DNA of 64,000 nt, taken from contig CM068742.1 in assembly GCA_035084275.1 (NCBI GenBank), forward strand, positions 154,132,001-154,196,000. The letters are read 5' to 3'. Under the pieces are notes generated by a model. That model was not told where the DNA came from, made no database searches, and saw nothing but the letters and a program-made list of their open reading frames with translations. The position numbers and the translations under genes are program-made. Shown in pieces: positions 12,301-25,690 of this stretch. Origin of the DNA: Hydrolagus colliei (taxonomy: Eukaryota). Each line of letters starts with the position of its first letter. Position 1 is the first letter of the stretch.

Positions 12301-13710
12301 GTAGGAGTTGAGGTAGCTGATGAGGGCGCGGAGATGGAGGAGTGGTGGGGGGAGGAAACCGCACAGCGGATTTTCTCAATTTTGGACTCGAGGAAGTCCA
12401 GCATCTCCTCGCAGCAATCGTTTGAGGAGAGGATCTGCGAGGTGAGGCGGGGGGTGCTGGACTTCCTCGAGTCCATAATTGAGAAAATCCGCTCTGCTTT
12501 TTCCTCCCCCCTTGTCTGTGATGGTGACGCCAGAGACATTGAGGCCTCGGGTGATCACCAGATCAAGAGGATGGCCGTGGGTGTGGGTGGCAGTGTTGAT
12601 ATGAAGGGAAAAGTTGAAAGACGAAAGTAAAGAGGAAAATTCAGAGGAAATGGGGCAGGAGGAACTGAAATGGAGGTTGAAGTCGCCAAGAATAATAAGG
12701 CGATCAGAGGAGGCACAAAGGGAAGTTAAAAGTGAAGAAAAATCTGAAATGAAAGTGGGGGAGGGTTTGGGGGGCGATAAACTAGTAGGATTTTGAAAGA
12801 ATTGTGGGAGGAGTGAGAAAGGGTGAGATGTTCAAAAGAGGGGAAGGAACCGGAGGAGTAGGGGGATAGGGCGAGGGATGACTTTGAAATGAGGGCCACA
12901 CCACCGCAACGATGGTTGGGTCGAGGGGCATGGTGGAATGTGTTGTTGGGTAGTTAGGCTAGATAGTACAATTTTAAATGGTGTGAAGGAACAGAGAGAC
13001 CTGTGGATTTGTGTTAGTGACTCGTTGAAGGTGGCAGGACAGGTAGACAAGGCTGTTAAGAAGGCATATGGGATACTAGGCTTTATAAATAGGGGTATAG
13101 AGTACAAAAGTCAGGAAGTGCTGACTAACCTCTATAGGACTTTGGTGAGGCCTCAGCTGGAATACTGTGTTCAATTCTGGTCACCACACTACAGGAAGGA
13201 TGTGAAGGCATTGGAAAGGGTACAAAGAAGATTTACTAGGATGGTGCCAGGATTGAGGGACTTCAGCTATGAGGAGAGGCTATATAGGCTACGGTTATTC
13301 TCTCTGGAGCAGAGATGATTGAGGGGAGACCTTATAGAGGTTTATAAGATCATGAGGGGTTTCGACAGGGCAAATAGAGAAAAACTATTTCCACTCGTGG
13401 GCGAATCTGTGACTCGTGGTCACATATTTAAAATAGTTTCAAGGCGAAGTAGAGGGGAGCTGAGGAAAACTTTTTTCACTCAGCGAGTTGTTCGAATCTG
13501 GAATGCATTGCCTGAAAATGTGGTGGAGGCTGATTCGATAACAACTTTTAAAAGGGAATTAGATCTTTATTTAGGGAGAACAGGTCTATTAGGCTATGGG
13601 GAGCGGGCAGGGCAGTGGGATTAAATCGCTCTTTTCAAAGAGCCGGCACAGACTAGATGGGCCGAATAACCTCCTTTTGTGCCGTAATATTCTATGAATC
13701 TATGAATCTA
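9345..13710 (+). mobile_element. Young CR1 LINE nested in the older CR1 and split by an L2 (CR1 parts 9345-10573 and 12955-13710)
   Basis: ORF 9529-10596 (RT) resumes at ~12955; ATTCTATG-type tail at ~13690-13710; short (A)AGT target duplication at both ends. Confidence 0.93.
10574..12954 (-). mobile_element. L2-clade LINE, 5'-truncated, with a largely open RT ORF
   Basis: 644-aa ORF 10605-12539 ([51 protein letters not shown]); 3' stem-loop agcgcctt...aaggcgct and (TTG)n tail. Confidence 0.95.
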
Positions 13711-14506
13711 AGTGTGAGGTAATACACTTTGGGAGAAGAAATGAGGGGAGGCAATATAGGCTAGATAGTACAATTTTAAAGGGTGTGAAGGAACAGAGAG
13801 ACCTGGGGATTTGTGTTAGTGTCTCTTTGAAAGTGGCAGGACAGGTAGACAAAGCCGTTAACAAGGCATATGGGATACCAGGCTTTATAAATTGGGGTAT
13901 AGAATACAAAAGTCAGGAAGTGCTGATTAACCTCTATAAGACTTTGTTAGGCCTCAGCTGGAGTACTGTGTACAATTCTGGTCACCACACTTTAGGAAGT
14001 ATATTAAGGCATTGGAAAGGATGCAGACGAGATTTACTAAGATGGTACCAAGAATGAGGGACTTCAGCTACAAGGAAAGGCTAGATAGGCTAAGCTAATT
14101 CTCTCTAGAACAATGAAGATTGAGAGGAGACCTTATAGAGGTTTATAAGATTATGAGAGGTTTCGACAGAGTGAATAGGGAAAGACTGTTTCCACTGGTG
14201 GGCGAATCAGTGACTCGTGGTCACAGATTTAAAATAGTTTCAAAACGAAGCAGAGGGGAGCTGAGGAGAAAGGTTTTCACTCAGCGGGTTGCTGGAATCT
14301 GGAATGCATTGCCTGGAAAGGTGGTGGAGGTAGATTCCATAACAGCTTTTAAAAGGGAACTCGAGTGTTGTTTAGGAAGAGCAGGTCTGTTAGGTTATGG
14401 TGAGAGAGCTGGGCAGTGGGATTGAGTTGCTCTGTTTAAAGACCCGGCACAGACTAGATGGGCTGAATGGCCTCCTTTTGTGCCGTATAATTCTATGATT
14501 CTATGA
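13711..14506 (+). mobile_element. Older CR1 copy, 3' part
   Basis: Degenerate ORF2 C-terminus and ttctatgattctatga tail. Confidence 0.88.
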
Positions 14507-16059
14507 ATTTATACTGGTTACCAAACAATGAGAACATTACCTGGCAAGTTAGCCAACAGGTGGGTTACCAAATAAGGACATAACCTAGTCACGGTGACTG
14601 CTGGTGGGGAGATGGTGGCAGGATTATGGCCTTATTTGGTAATCAACCTGGTTGCTAACTTGCCAGGTAATGTTGCCATTGTTTGGTAACCAATACAGTT
14701 GCTCGTCAACCAGTTTGTTGCTTGTGTTGCTGACATAATAATAATAATCATGACAATAATCCTTGCATTTGATATCGCGCTTTTCACGCCTTCTAGACTG
14801 TGTCTCAAAGCGCTTCACAGAATATACTGTAAAGTGAATTGACTGTATATTTGAGGGTGAAGCACGGCAGCCAATTGTGCACAGCAGCGTCCCCACAAAC
14901 AGCCGTGGGTTGAAATGACCAATTTATTATTGGTTTAGATACTAAAGTGCAACCAACTCAGCCAGACTGATGATAACAATGCTGTGTTTGATAGAGAGCC
15001 TTATGATAAGAACATGAGAATAGGGGGAAGTAGTAAGCCTTTCAGCCCCTCAAGCCTGCCCCGCCATTCAATATGATCCTAAAAAATCTATCAATCTTAG
15101 TCTTGAATACGTTCAAGGGCTGAGCATCGACAACCTTTTGGGGTAGAGAACCAATTCACTAAGTGAAAACTCTGTGTTAAAAGGCTGACCCTTAATGTTA
15201 AGACTATGAGCCCTAGTTATAGTATCTTCAACCAGGGGAAACATTCTCCCACTGTCTGCTCTGTCATGCCCCTTAATAATCTTATAGGTTTCTCTAGAAT
15301 CACCTCTAATTCTTCTATATTCTAGAGAATAGAGTCCTAGATTACTCAACCTCAAGCTCCTGGTGAAGATTACCATATTATTTCTCCTGGATTTAATGAG
15401 AATTATTTTACTCACAGATTTCACATCCGTTACATCAATTTAATGAAGCCGTGTCTGCAGCATTGTCTTCTTCAACAGCAACAACAAGAACTTTGATTGA
15501 TATAGCGCCCTCCAAGCTGGATGGCATCTCAGACGCTTCACAATGGGAAGAAGGGACAGCCGGCCATGAAAGACAATAGCGTAGACACAGTCATGAGGAA
15601 GTGCAGAACCATTGATATGGAGGACAAGGCTGTGATGGGGGTGAGGGACAAAGGGTTGATGGAGACCTAAGGAACAATAACTAAGAAAGACACATTCCTT
15701 TGAACTTGATCAAAGAGTTTGGCAGTTAGTTGGATAAATGTCAATTAACGGATTCTTAGGGTGTCCATGGCCAGATCCAGCTGCAAACACTGCATAGAAA
15801 TAGGGAGGTTGAGGGGTAAAGAGATGAGACACAAGCCACAGAGAACAGAAGCGACACAGGAAAGACTCAGAGAAGTGACAGGCTAGCAGGAGGACAGGAC
15901 ACAGTGAGCCAACGGTCAGAAGAGGATAGGTCTGGTTGTTTGGGGGTCGTGTGGTTAGCCCACATCAAAAGCCAGAGTATCAAAGACTTGCGCTGCTGAG
16001 AAAGGTACTGTAGCCTGGACTATACAAGTGAAGGACTCTGGATTGTGGTGGAGGGGAGA

Positions 16060-16810
16060 CTGGTGAGGAGGACATTGGAATAATTCAGCTGAGACGTGAC
16101 ATGGACCAGGGTTTCAGTGGCTTTTGGGGGTTAGGTATTGCTGAAGATGGGAGATCCGTCTGAGGTGGTAGAAGCCAATGCTGGTGAGGGACCGGATGTG
16201 GGGGAGGAAGGACAGTTGGGGGTCGAGCCTGATGCCCATGTTGTGCACAGGTTGAGAGAGTTTTAGGGGCCAGGCCGGGAAGGTGAGAGCCGTGTGAATG
16301 GAGACGTTGACGAGAGCCAAGGAGTATGGCCTCCGTCTTGTCAACATGCAGCTGCAAGAAATTTGCGCTCATCCAGCCCCTGATGTGTGACAGGCGGCTG
16401 ACAGGACATCAGGGGACTGGGGGTCACAAAGTGAGGTGGGGAAATAGAGTTGGGTGTCATCCGCGTACATGTGGAAGTGTGCCCCATGTCTGCGGATGAC
16501 ATCCCCAAGAGGGAGCGTGTAGATGAGGAAGAGGAGGGGGCCAAGGATGGATCCCTGGGGTACCCCACAGGTAACTGGGTGAGAGCGGGAGGACAAGCCG
16601 TTTGTGGAGATGTGCTGCTGGCGGTTTTTGAGGTAGGGACTCGACACTGGCGAGTGCGGCCTCAGTGAGGTGGGTGACGGAGGACTGGGGGTGGAGGAGG
16701 GTTGCGTGGTCGACTGTGTCAAACGCAGCGGACAGGTCCAGGAGGATAAGGAGGCAGAGGAAGCCCTGGTCACAGACAGTCAAGGGAAAGGAAAATGGGG
16801 CAGAGCAGAG
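16060..16810 (-). mobile_element. Degenerate L2 RT fragment
   Basis: [21 protein letters not shown]...YADDTQLY and [13 protein letters not shown] across frameshifted ORFs. Confidence 0.88.
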
Positions 16811-17663
16811 AGTAGGGAGAGCGATCAGCAGAGAGTAACTGGACCTTGAGGAGGTGCTTTGTGACAGACACCCAGAACCCAATAGCTCCCTCCCTCACTC
16901 CCTCCCTCCAGCATCCTACAAAACAGTTGTGGACTGAAGTGACGAAAAAAACATTTTTGAGGGATTATTATCAGGGCGTGTGTGTTTGTGGAGGAAGGAA
17001 CCTTGCCCAAGATTTGGACCTGACCTGACGGGAATCGAACACTGGTCTCTCACTTACGAGGCTCTCGCTCGCTCCCTCCTCTATCGCTCTCCTTCCTTTC
17101 TCCCACTCACTCTCTCACACCATCCCACTCTCTCTCTCAATCTCTCTCACTAACTGTTCCCAGCATTCTGGGATGGACTTGAGTTGACCAAAGAGAAATG
17201 GCCAAGACTCATTGACTTGTCTTTCTTCGGGACTCTTTCAGAATCTCTCCCTCTTACCTCAATCTCTGTCAATCTCTATGTATCTCTATGTATCTCTCAC
17301 TTTCTTTCTCTGTCTCTCCCCTCCTCCCTGCCAGAGACTCTCTATGTCTCTCTCTCTCTCACTCTATCTCTCTCCCTCTGTGGTAACTGTGCCTTTTCCT
17401 CTTTCACGCTGTGGAGACAATGATTTCTGCACCACCCAGAGAGGGGATGTGTTAATAGACCAAGTCAACCAGGCCAAGGATTTGGACAAAACTCTCTGTC
17501 TCTCTAAGTATCTCTCACTTTCTTTCTCTCTACATCTCAGTCTCTCACTCTGTATCTCTCAGTCTCTGTCTCTCACTCTCTCTCTCTGTCAGCCAGTCAG
17601 GCAGCATCCATGGAGAAAGGAGAGTCTACAACCCTTTGTCAGTTTGTTGGCCCAAACAAGCCC

Positions 17664-17701
17664 CAGTTCTGATGAAGGGTTGTAGACCTGAAACGTTGGC
17701 T
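17664..17701 (+). ncRNA. Second hammerhead-like motif (stem II weakened)
   Basis: CTGATGA-AGGG-TTGTAG-ACCT-GAAACGTT; one stem-II pair is lost relative to 573-610. Confidence 0.4.
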
Positions 17702-18786
17702 ATTTTTCCTTTCTCCCCGGATGCTCAGCGAGGCCGTGGAGGGATTTTGACCAACAACAAATTCTTTAGTTCATTGATATTTATTGATGCAAATGAGCAA
17801 CAATAAATCCTAATGATGACGGGTTGATTGTATTATCTCTCTCTTTCTCTCTCTCTCCTCCAGGTTGGTTGTGTGGGAGCTGATCACTTCTCTCTTCTCC
17901 TGTACCACCCCCAATAGTCTGTGGGTCTGCATCTAGAGAGAGACAGAGAGTGAGAGAGAGAGATCGAGACAGAGAGTGAGTGACAGAGAGAGATAGAGAG
18001 ACAGAGAGAGATAGAGAGACAGAGATAGAGAGTGAGAGAGACAGAGAGTGAGAGACAGACATAGACAGAGCTAGAGACGAAGAGTGAGAGAGAGAGATAA
18101 CGACAGCGAGTGAGAGAGAAAGACAGAAAGTTAGAGATAGAGACGGAGAGTGAGAGAGAGAGATCACGACAGCGAGTGAGAGAGAAAGACAGAAAGTTAG
18201 AGATAGAGACGGAGAGTGAGAGAGAGAGATCACGACAGCGAGTGAGAGAGAAAGACAGAAAGTTAGAGATAGAGACAGAGAGTAAGAGAGAGAGAAAGAG
18301 AGAGAGTGACACGTACAGACAGAGAGTGAGAGATATAGAGGGAGAGACAGAGAGTGACACATACAGAGAGAGATATGGCGAGTGATATATAAATAAAGTT
18401 CAACTTAACTGAAGTCCATGAATCTTGGCCGTTTCTCTTTGCACAATGTAAGCCCATCCAAGAATGCTGGGTACAGATAGTGGGAGAGAGAGAGAGGGAG
18501 GGAGGGGGAGAGAAGGTGAGAGAGTGAGCAAGAGAGAGAGGAAGGAGAGTGAGAGAGTAGGGGGAGAGTGAACGACAGAGAGACAGAGAGAGCGGAATCC
18601 TCGTGACCCCCAATCCACCATCAATGGCCGCCAATTCAGCCATTACATCCCCAAACTCTGGAACTCTCTCCCCCCAAACCTTGTCCCCTCCTACAAACAA
18701 AAACAGAATTCACTGGGAACCGTCAGCAGGTCAGGCAGCATCTATGGAGAGAGAAAAATGAGTCAATTTGATCAGAAGTGAGAGTT

Positions 18787-18823
<37 letters not shown>

Positions 18824-19555
18824 CAGAGAAACAGACAGAGTGTGAGAAAGAGAGAAATAGAGAGACAGAGAAAGAAAATGGGAACTAAGTGTAGAGAGAA
18901 AGAAAGTGAAAGTGAGAGACATATAGAGAGACAGAGACTGAGAGATACAGAGAGAGAGATATATAGATTCACACACACACAAAGACATACTCACACAGAC
19001 ACATCTGTTACCAGGTTAAACAGCTACTGGATTCTGTCTCTCACGATCTCTAAGGTGTTTGTGTCTTAATCCAATCAGCCCAATGCCCTCCTCGCTGGTC
19101 TCCCCTCCACCACCATTGAGAGTGAGAGATAGAGACAGAGAGAGGGAGAGATAGAGAGAAACAGAGAGAGAGAGAGACAGAGTGAGAGATAGAGGTAGAC
19201 AGAGAGTGAGATTGACAGAGAAAGAGACAGAGAACTAGATTCAGAGAGATTCAGAGTGCGAGAGTGACAGAGACAGAGTGACATATACGGAGAGAGAGAG
19301 ATGTAGAGATACAGACAATGATAGAAACACTCAGCAGGTCAGGCAGCATCAATGAAGAAAGGAAAGTGAGTCAATGTTTCTGATGGCAGCAAGAGACACT
19401 GAGACAGAGAGGGAGAGACACACAGAGAGCGGAACAGAGAGGGAGAGATACTAAGAGACAAAATGAGAGAGAGAGACAGAGAGATGTAGGGAGACAGAGA
19501 GTGAGGGTTACAGATAAAGAGACAGAGAATGAGAGATAGAGAGAGATACAGAGAT

Positions 19556-20418
19556 ATAGAATTTTACGGCACAAAAGGAGGCCATTCGGCCCATCTAGTC
19601 TGTGCCGGCTCTTTGAAAAGAGCGATTCAATCCCACTTCCCTGCCCGCTCCCCATAGCCTAATAGGCCTGTTCTCCCTAAATAAAGATCTAATTCCCTTT
19701 TAAAAGTTGTTATCGAATCAGCCTCCACTACCTTTTCAGGCAATGCATTCCAGATTCCAACAACTCGCTGAGTGAAAAAAATTCTCCTCAGCTCCCCTCT
19801 ACTTCGCCTTGAAACTATTTTAAATCTGTGACCACCAGTCACAGATTCGCCCACGAGTGGAAATAGTATTTATCTATTTGCCCTATCGAAACCCCTCATG
19901 ATCTTATAAACCTCAATGAGGTCTCCCCTCAATCTTCTCTGCTCCAGAGAGAATAACCCTAGCCTATCTAGCCTCTCTTCATAGCTGAAGTCCCTCAATC
20001 CTGGCACCATCCTAGTAAATCTTCTTTGTACCCTTTCCAATGTCTTCACATCCTTTCTGTAGTGTGTTGACCAGAATTGAACTGAGGCCTCAGTATTCCA
20101 GCTGAGGCCTCACCAAAGTTTTATAGAGGTTAGTCAGCACTTCCTGACTTTTGTATTCTATACCCCTATTTATAAAGCCTAGTATCCCATATGCCTTCTT
20201 AACAGCTTTGTCTACCTGTCCTGCCATGTTCAACAAATCACTAACACAAATCCCCAGGTCTCTCTGTTCCTTCACACCATTTAAAATTGTACTATCTAGC
20301 CTATATTGCCTCCCTTCATTTCTTCTCCCAAAATGCATCACCTCACATTCCTCTGCATTAAACTTCATCTGCCATGTGTCTGCCCACTTTACCAATTTGT
20401 CTATATCCTCTTGCAGTG
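19556..20418 (-). mobile_element. CR1 3' fragment (duplicate of 6337-7198)
   Basis: Same breakpoints and the same tgaggcctca insertion. Confidence 0.92.
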
Positions 20419-22102
20419 ATAGAGAATGACACATAGAGAGACAGAGAGAGAGAGATATAGAGATACAGAGGGTGGTTGAAACACTCAGAAGCTCAGGCAG
20501 CATCTATGGAGAGAGGAAAGTTTGCCAATGTTTCATCAGAACTCTAATGGCAGCAAGAGACACTGAGACAGAGAGGGAGAGAGACACAGAGAGAGGGAGA
20601 GACACTGAGAGGCAAAGTGAGAGAGAGAGAGATGTAGGGAAACAGGAAGTGAGGGTTACAGATAATGAGACAGAGAATGGGAGATAGACAGAGAGATAGA
20701 GAGTGAAATACAAATGGGAGACAGGGTTAGAGATAGAGAGAGAGTGACATATATATATATATATATATATACATATAGATACACAAATACAAGGGGACAC
20801 ACACCACAGACATCCACACATAGAGAACTTTCACACACACACACACAGAAACAGAAACACTCACCACTGTCCATGACCTGGTTAAACAGCTGCTGGAGTC
20901 TGTCTCTCATGATCTCTAAGATGTTGGTGTCTCTCTGTCTCTGAGGCTGAATCTGTCCCTTACCCACCAGAGTTAAGGCATTCCACGTCTTGTCCAAATC
21001 CTTGGCCTGCCCAGGTAGCAAACCCATATGGGACAAATTGGGTTGATGCCAACATGGGCCCCACATGGGTTTGCTACCTGGGTAGTTGACCACGTCTATT
21101 AACACATCCCCTCCCTGGGTGGTGTAGCAATCATTGTCTGCACAGCCTGAAAGAGGAAAAGGCACAGTTACCACACAAGACATCACAGGAGAGATTCGGG
21201 AGGAAAGCCCATTTGATTTCCAACTTCAGTCAGTCAGCCCATCACAGCTTCTCAATTGGTTTGGAGCAATTTATACTGGTTACCAAACAATGGGAACATT
21301 ACCTGGCAAGTTAGCCAACAGGTGGGTTACCAAATAAGGACATAACCTAGTCACGGTGACTGCTGGTGGGGAGATGGGGGCAGGATTATGGCCTTATTTG
21401 GTAATCAACCTGGTTGCTAACTTGCCAGGTAATGTTGCCATTGTTTGGTAACCAATACAGTTGCTCGTCAACCAGTTTGTTGCTTGTGCTGCTGACATAA
21501 TAACAATAATAATAATCCTTGCATTTGATGTAGCGCTTTTCACGCCTTCTAGACTGTGTCTCACAGCGCTTCACAGAATATACTGTAAAGTGAAGTGACT
21601 GTATATTTGTGGGTGAAGCGCAGCAGCCGATTGCGCACAGAAGCGTCCCCACAAACAGCCGTGGGTGAAATGACCAACGTATTATTGGTTTAGAGACTAA
21701 AGTGCAACCAACTCAGCCAGGCTGATGATAACAATGCTGTGTTTGATAGAGAGCCTTATGATAAGAACATGAGAATAAGGAGCAGGAGTAGGCCTTTCAG
21801 CCCCTCAAGTCTGCCCCACCATTCAATACGATCCTAAAATATCTATAAATCTTAGTCTTGAATACGTTCACGACAGTCTGTTGGGGGTAGAGAATCAATT
21901 CACTACCTTCTGAGTGAAGAAGTGTTGACTCAACTCTGTGTGAAAAGGCTGACACTTAATTTCAAGACTCTGACCCCCAGTTATAGTTTCTTCAACCAGG
22001 GGAAACAGTCTCCCACTGTCTACTCTGTCATGGCCTTTAATAATCTTATAGGTTTGATAAGATCATCTCTAATTCTTCAATATTCTAGAGAATAGAGTCC
22101 CA

Positions 22103-23361
22103 GAGTAAAATCTTGCCTTACAAATCTGATAGAATTTTTCAACGATCTAACAGAATGGGTGTACGAGGGCAGCGCAGTTGATGTAGTTTACATGGACTTT
22201 CAAAAGGCATTTGACAAAGTGCCGCATGAGAAGCTTATTAGGAAAATAGAGGCCCACGGCTTTAAAGGGACAGTGGTAGTGTGGATCCACAACTGGCTGT
22301 GAGACAGAAAGCAGAGAGTTGTGGTGAGTGGCAGCTTTTTAGACTAGAGGGAAGTGAGCAGTGGTATGCCACAGGGATCAGTTTTGGGACCACTGCTCTT
22401 TTTAATATACATTAATGATTTGGGTTTAGGGAGCACGGTTTCCAAATTTGCAGATGATACTAAGTTAGGGAGAATAGTAAATAGTGAGGAAGATAGTAGT
22501 CATCTGTAAGAGGATATAGAGGAAATGGTAAAGTGGGCAGACACATGGCAGATAAAGTTTAATACAGAGAAGTGTGAGGTGATGCACCTTGGGAGAAGAA
22601 ATGAGGGGAGGCAATATAGGTTAGATAGTACAATTTTAAATGGTGTGAAGTAACAGAGAGGCCTGGGGATTTGTGTTAGTGAATCTTTGAATGTGGCAGG
22701 ATAGGTAGACAAAGCCGTTAACAAGGCATATGGGATACGAGGCTTTATAAATAGGGGTATAGAATACAAAAGTCAGGAAGTGCTGATTAACCTCTACAAG
22801 ACTTTGCTAGGCCTCAGCTGGAGTATTGTGTACAATTCGGGTCACCACACTTTAGGAAGTATATTAAGGCATTGGAAAGGGTGCAGAGATTTACTAGGAT
22901 AGTACCAGGATTGAGGGAATTCAGCTACGAGGAAAGGCTAGATAGGCTAGACTTATTCCCTCTAGAACAAAGAAGATTGAGAGGAGACCTGATAGAGATT
23001 ATAAGATTATGAGAGGTTTCGATAGGGTGAATAGGGAACGATTGTTTCCAATGATGGATGAATCAGTGACTCGTGGTCACAGATTTAAAACAGTTTCAAA
23101 ACGAAGCAGAGGGGAGCTGAGGAGAAATGTTTTCACTCAGCGGGTTGCTGGAATCTGGAATGCATTGCCTGAAAAGGTGGTGGAGGCCGATTCCATAACA
23201 GCTTTTAAAAGGAACTAGAGCTTTATTTAGGAAGAGCAGGTCTGTTAGGTTATGGGAAGAGAGCTGGGCAGTGGGATTGAGTTGCTCTGTTTAAAGAGCC
23301 GGCACAGACTAGATGGGCTGAATGGCCTCCTTTTGTGCTGTAATATTCTATGATTCTATGA
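22103..23361 (+). mobile_element. Older CR1, uninterrupted version
   Basis: Degenerate RT plus C-terminus and ATTCTATG tail. Confidence 0.9.
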
Positions 23362-23984
23362 ATTTATACTGGTTACCAAACAATGGGAACATTACCTGGC
23401 AAGTTAGCCAACAGGTGGGTTACCAAATAAGGACATAACCTAGTCACGGTGACTGCTGTTGGGGAGATGGGGGCAGGATTATGGCCTTATTTGGTAATCG
23501 ACCTGGTTGCTATCTTGCCAGGTAATGTTGCCATTGTTTGGTAACCAATACAGTTGCTCGTCAACCAGTTTGTTGCTTGTGCTGCTGACATAATAATAAT
23601 AATAATAATACTTGCATTTGATAAGGTACTTTTCACGTCTTCTAGACTGTGTCTCAAAGCGCTTCACAGAATATACTGTAAAGTGAAGTGACTGTATATT
23701 TGTGGGTGAAGCGCGGCAGCCAATTGTGCACAGCAGCGTCCCCACAAACAGCCATGGGTTGAAATGACCAATATATTATTGGTTTAGAGACTAAAGTGCA
23801 ACCAACTCAGCCAGGCTGATGATAACAATGCTATGTTTGATAGAGAGCCTCATGATCAGAACATGAGAATAAGGAGCAGGAGTAGGCCTTTCAGCCCCTC
23901 AAGCCTGCCCCGCCATTCAATATGATCCTAAGAAATCTATCAATCTTAGTCTTGAATATGTTCATCGACAGCCTTTTGGGGGCA

Positions 23985-25690
23985 GTGCAAGAGGGAACTG
24001 AAAAGGGAAATTAGAGGGGCAAAAACATTGTATGCAAAATGATTATCAGGTAACACTAAAGGGATCCCTAAGGTATTTTATAAGCATATCAAGAATATAA
24101 GGTTAGTTAAAGGTAGGGTGGGGCCAATTAGGGATCAAGGAAGAAATCTTATTGTGGAGGCAGAGGGCATGGCAGATATACTATATGAGTATTTTGTTGA
24201 TGTAGTTTACATTGACTTTCAAAAGGCATTTGACAAAATGCCACTTGAAAGGCTTATAAAGAAAATTGTGGACCACGGCGTAAAAGGGACAGTGGCAGCA
24301 TGGATCCAGAACTGGCTGCGAGACAGAAAGCAGAGAGTTATGGTGAACGGCTGCTTTTCTGACTGGAGGGAAGTGTAATGTGGCGTCCCCCGGGGATCGG
24401 TATTGGAACCACTGCTCTTTTTAATTTATATTAATGATCTGGACTTGGCGATAGGGAGTACCGTTTCGAAATTTGCAGATGACACAAAGTTAGGAAAAAT
24501 AATAAACCGTGAGGAGGATAGTAGCCATCTGCAAGACGATATAGACCGAATGGTAAAATGGGCAGATACATGGCGGCTGAAGTCTAATGTAGAGAAATGC
24601 TCGACTACGGCAACTCCCTCCTTGTCGGCCTCCCCAACTCTTCCCTCCACAGGCTACAGATAATCCCAAACTTTGCAGCTCGTGTCCTCTCCCACACCAG
24701 GCTCTGTCACCCCATCAACCCCACCCTCGGCCGGCTCCACTGGCTCCCCGTCCCTCAGAGAATCAAATTAAAGATTCGTATTCACCTTCAAGACCTTCCA
24801 CCCTCCTGCCTCTCTGACCTGCTGATCCCATATCAACCAATCTGTTCCCTCCGTTCAGCAGCCACCAGCCTTCTCCAAGTCTCCTGCCCCTCTCACCCTT
24901 CCATCTTTGGCAGGCTTTCAGGCTCTCTGCTACCACGCTTTGGAACTCTATCACACAATCCCTTTGCATCGCTTCCTCCCTTGCCTCTTCAACACCATCC
25001 TTTTTGAGTGTCCCTTTAGTCGCCTTCCTACCTCTCTGCCCGCCCTCATCCCAACCCTGGCCGCCCACCCCATCTCCCCCATGCTTGGGTCCTGACCCTG
25101 ACTGTTCTCTTTATCCATAAGAAATTTGTCAATCTCACTTTTGAATATATTCAAGGATTGAGCATCTACAGCCTTTTGGGGTAGCAAATTCCATAAATTC
25201 ACTACCCTCTGAGTGAAGAAGTTTTGCCTCAACTCAGTTTGAAGAAGTGTTTCCTTTATTCTGTTTAAAAAAAGGCTGACCTTTTCAATCTTAAAACTAT
25301 GACCCCCTAGTTATAGTTTCTCCAACCAAGGAAAACAGTCTCCCTCTGTCTACTCTATCATGCCCCTTAATAATCTGATAGATTTCTATATGATCACCTC
25401 TAATTCTTCTATATTCTAGAGAATACAGTCCTAGATTACTCAACCTATCCTCAAAGCTCAAATCCCTTTTCCCAGGAACCATCCTAGTGAATCTACACGG
25501 CAACCACTCTGAGGTGAGTATTACCTTTCTTAAATGAGAACAAAACTGCTCATTATATTCTATTTGCCATCTCACTAAGGCCCTACACAGTTTCAGCAAG
25601 TCTTATATCGCTACTCTTATATTCTAACCCTTGGTAATAAATGCCAACATACCGTTAGCCTTCCAAGTTGCTACGTTCTCCTGATGTGAA
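23985..25690. mobile_element. Mosaic of CR1 (+, 23985-24597), L2 (+, 24597-25095) and CR1 (-, 25095-25670) fragments
   Basis: DFQKAFDK/FADDTK fragments, DYGNSLLVGLP...LHWLP fragment, reverse LYSLEYRRIRGD fragment. Confidence 0.85.

Larger units (their letters stand above)
17198..23965 (+). repeat. Segmental duplicate of 1-15110 lacking the later insertions
   Basis: Starts with the same ccaagactcattgacttgtctttctt as position 5; same order of islands, minus-strand CR1, MITEs, SINE and CR1; lacks CR1 4185-5893, the nested 9345-13710 insert and three satellite units. Confidence 0.9.
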
